Source: Peribolospora baueri (lineage: Eukaryota). From it: a stretch of DNA of 64,000 bases. The stretch's first letter is position 1. Every line of letters begins with the position of its first letter. A program made the position numbers and the translations under genes. The stretch spans positions 124,001 through 188,000 of the forward strand of contig JAMDHS010000036.1 of NCBI GenBank assembly GCA_029717555.1, read 5' to 3'. The notes beneath the pieces are model-generated. The model was not told the origin of the DNA and searched no databases. It saw only the letters and a program-made list of their open reading frames with translations. This document shows positions 35,548 to 46,622 of the stretch, piece after piece.

Positions 35548-38142
35548 TGTGATGGTCACTGGGAGAGATGGGGAGGGAGTAAGAGATGCAGAGGCAAGTG
35601 TGCTGAGGTCCGGTCTGGAAGGAGGCGGTTTGTGTACCGGGGCGACGGAAGCAGAATCGTTATCGCTCGATCACTATCTTCGACGTGGCCAGCCGAGCGG
35701 GATATAGAGCACGCAACGAAACCTGCTTAGCCCACCACCATCAAGATGGAAAAGCAGCCCACACGTCTCACAGACCGTAGACAATCTCGAGTTATCCCGA
35801 AACAGTCCCACCTGAGGGAGAGATGGACATTGAGACTTAGGATTTACGGCTTTTCCAGCTCGACCACAAGCTCTCCAACGGCTCATCCACAGCGCGGATC
35901 CAAGGCGAGCAGACTTGTCCGCACAGGCCCCAAGTCTTCGTATCTCTTTCTATCGCCCGACAAGGAAGACTACTCAAGAAAAGGGAGCGATAATTCGAGT
36001 TTTAGGATTCCATTGCCAACATTTGCACACACAAGCCTGCATCTCTGCAAGCTGGATACCTCTGCCGTCATACCGTCCTGCGGTCTTATGTCCGGGCTAC
36101 ACAGACTTCTTTACTTCCCTGCGAATGTCTGAAGATTTTCTGGCACTGAGTAATCCTGCCATGAAGACAGGTAGGGACCGTGCGCTTTGGAACGACATCT
36201 GCGTTGAGAACTTTGTTCTCTCCTGTCTGGCTGCTGAGACAAATAAAGTCACCCATGGCTCTTCTTTCGCTTTTCCGTCTCGTCGCCACCCGCATCGTCG
36301 CATTTCTCTCTTGCCTCCGACTTATCGTTGTACTTTCTGTGTAGAGTTTTCATGATGACGTCCAGCGGTAGTGAGAGAGTCGAACAGGTCGCACGGCGCC
36401 GGGTCAGAGCGCTATCTGTATCCGCTGGCGCCTTATCAGCCGGCCGTTGTGGGCTTCACTCGCTCTCCTCGTAACTGTATAGTTCACCAGCCTGTTGGCA
36501 GCAAATATGTGGTTTGAACATGAGAACGAAACTTCTCTAACAGGACCGGCTAAGCGCAGGTCCGGCTGGACTGTCTTTGAGCGCTTGGATGTTGTGACTT
36601 GAGGTCAAGGCCTTTCATTCATCTACGCGGGCATCGTTCACCGCAGCGACGTTCGAGCACGACAGGCTCGAACGAGACGGCCGAGAACGGTCGCACATCA
36701 TCGCACATCATCTTGTCCTCTACAACCGCCGTTCTTCTCCCCGTGAGACTGCCCCTTTCGCCTGCTTGTCTTTCGCCAGCCCGGAATTGGAGCGGACTGG
36801 CAACTGTCGACAGAGCCGACGGCGTTGCACTTTTCCTGCCTACCCTTTCCTGTGTGACCTTCAAGGGCAAGGAGTGTTTGGGGTATGATAAAGACGACGT
36901 GGACTGAATAGACGACTGGGGCGAGCTACTCACACACGGACGGCTCGTCCGCGGCGTTCCTTTGAGGAACTGGCCTAGAAAAAGTGCCAAGCGGTCGCGT
37001 ATGTATTGTTTGAATGTTGGCGATTCGCTTTAGTAAAACGTTCAGCTGTGCTCGTCTACAGCCCGAAGAAGAAAAACCAGAAATGCTGGCATCACAATTG
37101 GTTGAGCTGTGGTGAGCAACTTTGACGATCCATGCTTCCAGCGCCGGCTGGAGGTCTGGAGCTGATTGTCTTTCCCTCCGATTCCATCGTCAGCGCGTGT
37201 CTCCGTCCGTTGTCCGCACGGCTGCAAGACGCTCAAGATGGATTATATGCAACACGTCACCTCGATCACTTACGACGAGAAGAAGGAGCGCCCGCGCCTC
37301 GTGCGAATGTCGTGTCTCCGTGTGGTGGAGGAGTGCATCGTCTAGACGATAAAGGAATACGTCAGTGACTGTCACCCTTTCCTTCCGTTCCATCCCAATT
37401 TTACCTTCTGATGTCACCTTACCCACTTTCGTCTGACAAGCCTTGCTGGTGTGATGTCGATAACCCTGACTGGCTGGTCGACCTTATATTCGATTTCAAT
37501 CGTTCCTTTAATGTGCGCTTCCCTTCGAAGAAGATGGGAAGCTATTTTGAGGGAAGGGGGTGAAGCCGTCGTTGGTCAAGGGAAGATGCGGAAGACAACG
37601 TAAGCCCGACGCTGTTTCCTGGCGCATCGTAGTGGCCTCTCGTCCCGCCTGAGTGCAGCTCCGAGGTTAAGAGGCGGGGAAGGATGGATAGAATGTTTTC
37701 GATCTCAGTGTGACGATTCCCGTTTCGTCCGGTTCCTACCGACGTGGCATATATGCGTATACCTGGCCCCAGCGATCATGGCGGTTCGAGAAAAGAAAGA
37801 CTCTCATCGTTGTACAAGCGTGTACCTTGCAAGGTTCGTTGCAGCCCGTTTCCCTTGTTTGTCGCACGTTGTCTCCACGCGAACCGGTCCGCAGTCATGG
37901 ACTGATGCAAACCGGCGTATATTATTTGGGTTGCTGTACTGGATTAAATAAGTATACGTCCGGGCTCATATCACGAGCCGCCCCAACCGCCGCGATCGAC
38001 CCCCTACCGCCTCACCGTCACGCAAAGACACTGCTCATTCGGCCCGTCATACCACCGTAGAACGCCAACTTCGCTTGCTTGTCGCTTTTCTCCTTGTTGT
38101 TAGCTCGATTTTCTTCACCCATCTCCCCGACAATTGGCCACC

Positions 38143-39504
38143 ATGGCTTCTCGCAAGAAGGTCCTCCTCAAGGTACGTTACTACTGTGAACGCTACGCTT
38201 GATCGGACTCTGTCGGAGCACAGCGACTAGTGCCTGACCCAGCTTTTTCCTCGACAACCAACGTCCTTCTCGACGATGTCCCTCTTCTACTGCTAGGTTA
38301 TTATTCTCGGTGATAGCGGGTGAGGTTTTTTTTTCTCGAAGTCTGGCGGTTGCACACGCTGTCCGATTCTGATGGCCGTCTCGGCCTCCCTATCCGTGGC
38401 CAACTGACACCCTCCGTCACTTCCCAACCCTTCCTGCTTTCGAAACCCCCTTGCCGATCGGTTTACTTTAGCGTCGGAAAGACCTCGTTGATGAACCAGT
38501 ATGTCAACAAGCGCTTCAGCTCGGCTTATAAGGCGACGATCGGCGCGGACTTCCTGACCAGGGAGGTCATGGTTGATGATCGATTGGTGACGATGCAGGT
38601 TCGTCTGCCTTTTTACGATGGGCTCCCAAAGGCGATTGGTACCAGTTCTGGGACTGACCGGCTACCGTTGCCTCCCTGCTCGTCTGTCTCTCTTACCTCA
38701 CTTTTTGCTTGGTCAGCTGTGGGACACGGCAGGACAAGAGCGCTTCCAGTCTCTAGGTGTGGCCTTTTACCGTGGCGCAGACTGCTGCGTCCTCGTATAC
38801 GACGTGAACAGCTCCAAGAGCTTCGAGGCGCTTGACAGCTGGCGCGATGAGTTCCTCATCCAGGCCAGCCCGCACGACGCTGAGAACTTCCCATTTGTGG
38901 TGTTGGGAAACAAGATTGACATGGAGGAGAGCAAGCGGATGGTGAGTCATCTCGCTCAGCGCCGCTCTTCGGGCAGAATTTTGCTAGGTTCCTCGCTGGG
39001 CCCGGGTTTGCTCGAAACGGGTGGACGTGGGACAGTCAAGACGTCTTCTCTCGCTGGGTTTACAATGGAATGGTGTTCAGAATGGCTGGCTCTTTCGTTT
39101 CCCCCACTTGCATGGTGGCGGACTCTTACCCTGTTTGTCTATTTCACTTGCTACACTCACAGGTGTCTCAAAAGCGCGCGATGACGTGGTGTCAATCCAA
39201 GGGCAACATCCCGTACTTTGAGACGTCAGCGAAGGAGGCCATCAACGTCGAACAAGCTTTCCAGACCATCGCTAAGAACGCTTTGCAGCAGGAGGCCGAG
39301 GCTGAGCTGTGAGTAATGGCTGTAGGGACCTCGGGGCAAAGTGGACGTTGGAACCGCTTTTTGCCTTTCTAGTCGAGCTGTGGCACCGATTATTGACGAT
39401 CGTTTCTTGTCGTCCACCTTGCTTGTTTCCATTACAGTTACGCCGACTACCCGGACCCAATCCGTATCGATTCTGACAACGCTCAGAGCGGCTGCAGCTG
39501 CTGA
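38143..39504 (+). CDS. YPT7: Rab7-family GTPase Ypt7
   Basis: [72 protein letters not shown] and C-terminal CSC prenylation motif. Confidence 0.97.
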
Positions 39505-40923
39505 GGGTGCTCCTCTCCGGAATAGGTGGTCGACCAGTTAGTCTCTCGTTCTCGTTCCCCCTCTTCTTCTTTTCCTTCCTATTGTCCCGGCTGGTCATGC
39601 TGTCGGAGGAGAGGCGGGAAGATGGATGGAGTGGAGTTGTCATGCCGTCCGTTGGCCGTCTCTGTCCGATCGATCCTTCGCTTCCAACTCACCTGTCCTC
39701 ACGCGTGTCTGCCACCCCGCCAGCATGGACTGACTGACTCGTCTGTTTGAGCTAGCTATCCTTCACTTCGTCTCTGTCCTCCCCCACGGCCGTGCCTACA
39801 TCTTATGGCTTCGCCTTTGTTATCTGTACGATCGAGTTCTTGCTGCTATTGCCACTATTTCCATGAGGCGGCCCCGAAGGTTTGTGCGCTGTTGGGTCGA
39901 GCGCAGGTCCGTTCCTGTCATTGGTTGTTCCCCCAATTGACCCGCGAGCGTTTATGAACAGGGGCCGTTCGTTTGACTGGTCAGTTGGGGGCCGTTCGGA
40001 CCAAGTGTTGCGTTGTCATGCCGAGGATGGCAACGCTACGAGAGACGAGCTATTTAGTCAGCAGAGATCGAGGGGATCAGGTCGAACTCATTTTCGCCTC
40101 CTTTTGGAACGCTCGCGGGCGGGGCATGTCCCATCTCTCGTACCTCCCAGGATGATGCCTCGTTACGCTTGCGTCTCCGAGACGGCCGCTCGCTGCCTGC
40201 GACCTGCTCACGCGTTCCGACGCGGCGACAACGACCAATGGACGGACGGAGGGGATGACCCGCCATCTTGGTCCTCGCTCCTCGCTCCTGCTCCTCGCCC
40301 CTCAGCCACTTCACTTCGTTTCACCCGCCTCTGCCTTGTCCCGGCGGTGCCCGTCGAGCAACGTGCTAACGAATACAATACAATACCGCCCATTCCATCG
40401 CTTACCGTCCACTTTCGACGGACCCACGTCGTGTTAGCCCGTCGTGTCGTCCGTCGTCCGCGACGTCGAACAGCGTTCGGACGGACGCCAAGGCACACAC
40501 ACTGAGCATTCGCCCGCCATTCAGCCCGTTCTCTCGCCTGTGTGTGTGCGTGCACTCAAGGGAAGATTGAGTGCGTGTGTGTTTGTGTGTGAGTGAGAGA
40601 AAGATATAGTAGACAATGATCCTACTTCCTAGACGACCTGGACGCTTCATTCTCCTCCACCTCCCGATTCACACCCTCTTTCCATTCGCTCCTCCTCGAT
40701 CCTGCCTTTCTCTCCTTTCACACTTGCGTTGACGTCCTATCGTTCCCATCCCCGTCGTGACCCTGGGACGTGGGCGTCCTCCCTCTTCTCTGCCCACTCC
40801 GACGTTTTCGGTCCTGCTCGGTTGCTGGTACAATCGCTCGGGCCACGAGGGACGCAAGCCCACAACTTTCCTTTCCTTTGACAGCCTCGAGCCGGACTCG
40901 GCAGGTCACCTTCCTTCGTCAAG

Positions 40924-43900
40924 ATGGGTCAAGCACCCTCCTCCCCCGACTTCCGCGCCTACGCTTATGAATCTTACCCTACCCCAGGCGACAAGGATCG
41001 CCTCGCTCCTCCCGCTCAGGCGGACACTCTCAAGGAAGGCAGATTCAGTCTTCGCAATCGCCGACGCGCCAACTCGCAGCCCTCGCGAACCGTCATCAGC
41101 GCGCCCATCGGGCCTCTGAAGCATGTCGATGGCGCAGGTGGACCGGGCAGCTCGGTGTTCGGAGTCACCGTAAGCGATGTGGCTCGCCAGAGGTCGAAGC
41201 GGCGCGGGCCGGAGGTCGGAGGGGCTGTGGACGCGATGGAGGAGATCCACGACGCCGGCGACGAGGCCCGGTCGCCCGCGGCGGAGGGAAGGCACAGTCT
41301 CAGTGGCGCGATCCTGCGCCCGTTCGCGACGGCTGAGCCGTCGCGTGCTTACAGCTCCTTCGGCTTCCGACCCGGCATCAGCCCGTTCGAACGAGACAGC
41401 CGATTCCAGAATGCGAGTAACGTCTTCGCCAGTGTCCAAGGGCAACACCGACCGTGGGCGGATGACGAGAATGGTCATGCCTCAGCTTGGCGGTCAGAGG
41501 GAGAAAACAAGAGGGCGACAGCCTCCGCGGGTGGTGTCAGTGTCGGGCGGATGCGCGCTTTGCGGCTGAAGCTGGCTTCGCACGCCAAAGAGCAAGGCAA
41601 AGAAGGCGGACGGACCAGGACGTCCACCGCCGCAAATGGTGACGATGCGCTCCCCTTCCCGGACACCGCGGGCGATGGTCAGCCCCGCATCCACAAGGCA
41701 GCCTTGGCGAGCATGGACACCCTCGTCTCGCCCGACGGCGCTCCTTCGAGCCTGGCGGCGGCCTCGGTATCATCATTAGGCTACCGTCATCCTCGCACCA
41801 AGAGTCGTGCAAAGGCCTCATCGACCTTCTCTTTCACCTCGTCCTCCACCGCTCATCCTCGCGCCGTCTCTGCGCCGATCGTGGACGCTTCGAAAAAAAG
41901 CGTTCGGGCGCGCTCCTGCACAGCCGCTCAAGTCGCCCCAGAGGCAAAGAACGAGGAGCAGAAGGAGCATGGCAAGCGTCGCGGCAACCGTCTCCGCCGC
42001 CCCGCTTCCCGCCGTCCTCCGTCCGCGATCGCGGAGGGTCGGAACAGGCCTGCGACGCAGGAGGCTGGGCGGCAAGACGAGGCGCATCGGTGGAACGAGT
42101 ACCTGGCAAGGATGACCGGCCGGGCGCAAGCGAACGAAGGCAGGGACGTGGTGGCCAGGCCGCACTCTGATGGCTGCCCGGCCGGCGTGCTCACTCCGGA
42201 GAGCTTTCAACGACCGAGGCGGATGCCGCACAAGTCCATTCCCCAATGGCTCGGCTCGGTGCAAGGTCGCACGGGCCAGGATGGGGGTCACGTGGTCCAT
42301 AGCATGACCTGTCGGACACTCGATTCGTTTCGCTCGCACTCAGACGCGGGCGAGGATGGTGGAGAGCCGGATGACGACGAGCGTTGGGTCGACGTCAGGC
42401 GGCGAGACGAGCAAGACGACCACGACCACGACCACGACCAACAAGCCGATGCGTCGACGCCAACATCTCGGACTCGCAGATCCCTCCTCCCAGCCCTCGA
42501 TCTCTCCGCGGCTGGCCCGCTCGGCTCCAAGATATTCGACGGCATCAGCAGCTCGCCGGTCTCGTCGCCCCGGCGCAAATCAGGAGCAGGGGGAACGCCT
42601 CGACGGCGCCGCGCACGCTCCGCATCTCCCGCAGACACACCGGGCAGAAAGCCGAGTCCACCGTGCGAGCTCGAGGAGTGGATGCTCCTCGCTGGACAGC
42701 AGGCGCGCTTCGCAAGCCAAGGCGAGGACCGCAGGACGTCTGTGTTCGTGCCCTCCTTGCTCGACGTGCCCATCCTCCCCTTCGTCGCCGCCGCTCTCGC
42801 AGGCACGGACGGCATGACCGACACCGTGACCAGCACCAAGTCGGACGACCTCTCGCCCGCCGAGGATCCGCCTGTCGGGCCTGTTCCGCCGCCTCGGCCG
42901 AAGTGGCGAAGAGGGAACAGCTCTTCTTCGATAAACAGCCTTTCTCATGCTGCCGCCGGAGTCAAGGCCCAAGCTCTCGCCCAAACGCAAGCCCTTCGGC
43001 TGATCGCGCACGATCGGCACTCGCTCAGCACCATCGCGAGTAGTCGCAACGCCAGTCGGCAGGGAAGCAGCAACGACATCGTTGACCAGAGTCTCAGCAC
43101 TACCGCCGCTAGCACCATCACGTCGTCCGCTCAAAGAACGACTTTGGCGCAGTACGGCCTTGGATCGGATTTCAACGTGGGTGGGAGAGGCCCGCTGCGC
43201 GTTGTCAATGGTACGGACGGCGAGGGATGTCCATCGCCCGCCGAGCCCGTCATCCAGACGACGGCGAGCCAGAGCATCTTCGGCTCACAGTCCGGTCGCA
43301 CCATGAATACGGTCACCAGCGGAACGGCATCTGGAGCGAGCACCCTTGCGATGTCGAGGAACAGCAGCTATAGCGCCGCGCCCGATCTGCTCAACTGGAA
43401 CGACGAAACCGCCGCTTCGGTCGAGACTAGCGCCCAGGATGGGCACGATGGGAATCACCTGAGCCCCCCGACGACATCTAGAAGCCTCAGTGCCAGTTCG
43501 AGGGGACGTCGTTCCAATGCTTCCACTCGCCCTTCTGCGGCATCCGCCACTCAGCCTTCGGCTGGGAAAGGCTCTAGGGTGAGAAGGAAACCAGTGCCGT
43601 TGTTCGAAGAGGGCCAGAAGGACAAAAATGCGGCCGCACAGCCCGGCACTGGCGTTCTTGCTCTGTCCGACTACCCGCCCACCGATATCGAGCAGCCCCC
43701 CGTAACCACCATCCACCCTTCAACGACACCCACATCGCCCATCTCCTCCGTCTCCATCCCACCCCCTCTCAGCCCGCCTCCTGCACAAGCGTCTCCACCT
43801 CCCCAGCTCCGTTCTCCATCTCGCAAATCCAGGCCTCTACCCGTGCCACCCACCTCTTCTGCCCGGGGCCCCGCTTCTCACTACAAGGTCTCCGCACCGC

Positions 43901-46008
43901 CGCCGCTTCCATCGTCGACACCGTGGCTGTTCGTCAACGAGGGACTCCAGCCCAAGCCGCTCTCGCCCGTTCCTGCCTCTCCCAAATCGTCAGCGGGGTC
44001 GGCTGGCAAGGACATTGACGGCAAGGACGGGAATGCCACCGTCGCCGCAGCCAAAGGCGGGAGGAGCGAAGACGAGGATGAGGCTTCTTCGGATTTGTTT
44101 CCAGCGCCTCCGACAAGATCTGATACGTCGAACGGGGGGCGATCGAGGCCTACATCAGGCCATGGGCCGCTCGCTCACGTCGAAGCTGGCCTCAATGCCT
44201 ACTTTGACGCCTTGGTGAGCGGCCGTGCGCAAAGCCCACTGGGTAAAGGCGCTGCTCGTCGTGATGGTAGATTAGATGTTCGCCCGACCGCACGAGGGCA
44301 GACGACGGAGGCTGCGCCTTCGGCTCGCCGCTCCCTGGCGATCTCTGCCGGCTCGGAGGAAGATGAAGAAGAAGAGCCGCCGGAGGAGGTGCAGGTTGTC
44401 GTCCCTCAGAGCGTGGCCGTCCTCGGCTACGCCATGCCAGTGATGGAGACATTTGGGCAGCGCAGGAGGAGCGCAAAAGAGGAGGAAAGGGAGGAGGCAT
44501 TGAGGAGGGAGAGAGACAAACAGGAGAAGGCGACGTGGGAAAGGGCGAGGAAGAAGTCGCTCGGTTCCAGAGAAGACGCCATCGAGGCTATCCGAGCTGA
44601 CATGGAGGCGCGCGGGGAAGACGGTGGCAGTCGACTTGCGTTCGGCTTGCACGGTCGGCAACCTGCTGGCGTATTCTTCCACCCTTTCCATCCAGACCAC
44701 CCTTCTCTCTCCGTCCCGGACATACCAGCCATGCGTGCCATGCCCAGCATTCCCACCGAACTCAACCTCGCATCATCATCGCCTTCCGCTTTCTTCGTCA
44801 ACGCAGGCAAGACTGCCCTTCCTCCACCCCCTCGGAGTAGAAAAAGGTCAAACAGTACTACGAAGCAGCGCTCGGTCTCGTCCCCCGGTCAAAAGTCGGA
44901 AGGTCGCAGTGGTCAAAAACGGCGTTCTCGGTCCGAACGGAGCCGCGCTCGCCGCCACTCCGAGCCGAGGACGAATAGTTCTTCAACCACTGGGTCTCAT
45001 CGAGGAAGCTCGTCCGGCTTTGGCGATTCAGCGGAAGAGGGCGGAAGAGATGCCACTGAGAGCTCTGGTTCAGCAACGAAAACGACCTATCCTGGTCATC
45101 CTTCGGGTCGCCGGCGTCCGTCCGCCCATATCAGGTCGCCTGCATCTCACGGCACCTCAATCCCTTCGCCGGCGCCGCCAAAACTGCCCAACATGTCCTC
45201 TCTCCCGCCTTCTTCATCATTTCCTCTCTCCTCTCAACGCGGCGAAAACGCGCTCCAGCGACACGTTGCCGCCGCGACCGTCTCCAAACCGCCCTCCAAA
45301 CACGGCAAAAGCGGTTTTACCAAGGGAGATATCCTCGAGTGGCGTAGGACGAGCGACGCCAATCCCTCCGCGGTAGCGGCGGGGATGATGGTTTCGGCTG
45401 GCGGTAGTAGTCTGACAGCTCAGGACCGAGTGGTTGCGACGCGATTGCCAGGTTCGACCTGGACGACTGTCAACGCTGAATGTTCCAACAACCAGCTCTC
45501 GGCGATCCCGCGACGAGACAGTGAGCCCTCGCTGTCCTCGCTCTTTGCCCCTGTTCCGGTCCAATCCCATAACGACTATAACGATGGCCAGCAGCACGAG
45601 GACGACCGCCGCCGCCGCCGCTGCAGCAAGAGCGTCGACGTCTCTTGGGGAGCACTCTCACAGTCGCAACCGCAACCGCAACCGCAACCGCAACCTTCCG
45701 CGCAGCCACAACCACATCTACAAATTTCGGCGCAGCCACCTACGTCATCGCCGACTTTGAAGAACGGCTGGACGCCTTTCTTCGACAGCTCAGATCCAAG
45801 GGTCCCCTTCCAAGGAGGCCAGCCCTATCCCCTGCACAATGTGAACGTCAAGAAGAAGCGGTTAGAGTGGGAGGCCAAGGCCAAGGCGGGTGGCATCAGC
45901 GCTGGAGCTAGAGCTGGAGCTTCCGCTCGCTCTACGGAGCCTTGGTCGACACCGCACCTACCTTTCTCTGCCACTATCGGTCAAGGCGTGCCGAGGAGGG
46001 TGACCTGA
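40924..46008 (+). CDS. Hypothetical 1694-aa intronless, S/P/R-rich, probably disordered protein
   Basis: 5.1-kb open frame with ATG, low-complexity composition, a short charged coil and no recognisable catalytic domain. Confidence 0.7.
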   Translation: MGQAPSSPDFRAYAYESYPTPGDKDRLAPPAQADTLKEGRFSLRNRRRANSQPSRTVISAPIGPLKHVDGAGGPGSSVFGVTVSDVARQRSKRRGPEVGGAVDAMEEIHDAGDEARSPAAEGRHSLSGAILRPFATAEPSRAYSSFGFRPGISPFERDSRFQNASNVFASVQGQHRPWADDENGHASAWRSEGENKRATASAGGVSVGRMRALRLKLASHAKEQGKEGGRTRTSTAANGDDALPFPDTAGDGQPRIHKAALASMDTLVSPDGAPSSLAAASVSSLGYRHPRTKSRAKASSTFSFTSSSTAHPRAVSAPIVDASKKSVRARSCTAAQVAPEAKNEEQKEHGKRRGNRLRRPASRRPPSAIAEGRNRPATQEAGRQDEAHRWNEYLARMTGRAQANEGRDVVARPHSDGCPAGVLTPESFQRPRRMPHKSIPQWLGSVQGRTGQDGGHVVHSMTCRTLDSFRSHSDAGEDGGEPDDDERWVDVRRRDEQDDHDHDHDQQADASTPTSRTRRSLLPALDLSAAGPLGSKIFDGISSSPVSSPRRKSGAGGTPRRRRARSASPADTPGRKPSPPCELEEWMLLAGQQARFASQGEDRRTSVFVPSLLDVPILPFVAAALAGTDGMTDTVTSTKSDDLSPAEDPPVGPVPPPRPKWRRGNSSSSINSLSHAAAGVKAQALAQTQALRLIAHDRHSLSTIASSRNASRQGSSNDIVDQSLSTTAASTITSSAQRTTLAQYGLGSDFNVGGRGPLRVVNGTDGEGCPSPAEPVIQTTASQSIFGSQSGRTMNTVTSGTASGASTLAMSRNSSYSAAPDLLNWNDETAASVETSAQDGHDGNHLSPPTTSRSLSASSRGRRSNASTRPSAASATQPSAGKGSRVRRKPVPLFEEGQKDKNAAAQPGTGVLALSDYPPTDIEQPPVTTIHPSTTPTSPISSVSIPPPLSPPPAQASPPPQLRSPSRKSRPLPVPPTSSARGPASHYKVSAPPPLPSSTPWLFVNEGLQPKPLSPVPASPKSSAGSAGKDIDGKDGNATVAAAKGGRSEDEDEASSDLFPAPPTRSDTSNGGRSRPTSGHGPLAHVEAGLNAYFDALVSGRAQSPLGKGAARRDGRLDVRPTARGQTTEAAPSARRSLAISAGSEEDEEEEPPEEVQVVVPQSVAVLGYAMPVMETFGQRRRSAKEEEREEALRRERDKQEKATWERARKKSLGSREDAIEAIRADMEARGEDGGSRLAFGLHGRQPAGVFFHPFHPDHPSLSVPDIPAMRAMPSIPTELNLASSSPSAFFVNAGKTALPPPPRSRKRSNSTTKQRSVSSPGQKSEGRSGQKRRSRSERSRARRHSEPRTNSSSTTGSHRGSSSGFGDSAEEGGRDATESSGSATKTTYPGHPSGRRRPSAHIRSPASHGTSIPSPAPPKLPNMSSLPPSSSFPLSSQRGENALQRHVAAATVSKPPSKHGKSGFTKGDILEWRRTSDANPSAVAAGMMVSAGGSSLTAQDRVVATRLPGSTWTTVNAECSNNQLSAIPRRDSEPSLSSLFAPVPVQSHNDYNDGQQHEDDRRRRRCSKSVDVSWGALSQSQPQPQPQPQPSAQPQPHLQISAQPPTSSPTLKNGWTPFFDSSDPRVPFQGGQPYPLHNVNVKKKRLEWEAKAKAGGISAGARAGASARSTEPWSTPHLPFSATIGQGVPRRVT

Positions 46009-46622
46009 GTGGCATCGCGCGGACACGGGCGACAGGGTGTCGCCCTTGTTAGTTAAGCCTCGTGCAGTTCGTACGACGCCCTTCCTCTTTCTCCCTCTGC
46101 GAATTGGCCACTCCCGCCCTTTCGGCTCCATTTGCCCCAAAACTCCACGTCACGCTGCCGATCACACAGATCACTCGTTTGACTCTCTTAACACTTGCTT
46201 CACTGTCTTTACGTTCGCTTGACTTTCGCTCGACTCTCTTGTAGAACTTTTCTCTTGAATCATCATTCGCGGTGGCCGTGTCCGCCTGTTGTACTCAATC
46301 CAATGTACGTTAGCTCGTTTTGGCCTACCCTGGATGGAAGGTCTTTGTTGTTGTGTTGATGGAGCGACGTCGTGGGCTCATTTCGCTCAGAGGCCCAAAT
46401 TTTTGAGGATGAAGAGGGAGGGAGGCTGAAGGGCGGACAGCAGGCATTTTATACCGTCGACCGAGAGGAGAGGTGCCCGCCGCCCACTTGTTAAAAAAAA
46501 AAAGCGAAGGACCACTGATCAAACTGAGACCAGCGTGAAATGTCCCATGAATTCCGGTATAACCAAAGACTACTCCACACGTCCATCCCCGTTCATTCAT
46601 CGCTCTTCTCGCCTTCCCTGCT

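Noticed and set aside
7827..39504. SYN8, ATG16 and YPT7 as a vacuolar/autophagy cluster with CACGTG boxes (9231, 9450, 33667)
   Set aside because: The genes are widely separated, and a 6-mer of this composition is expected many times by chance in 64 kb.
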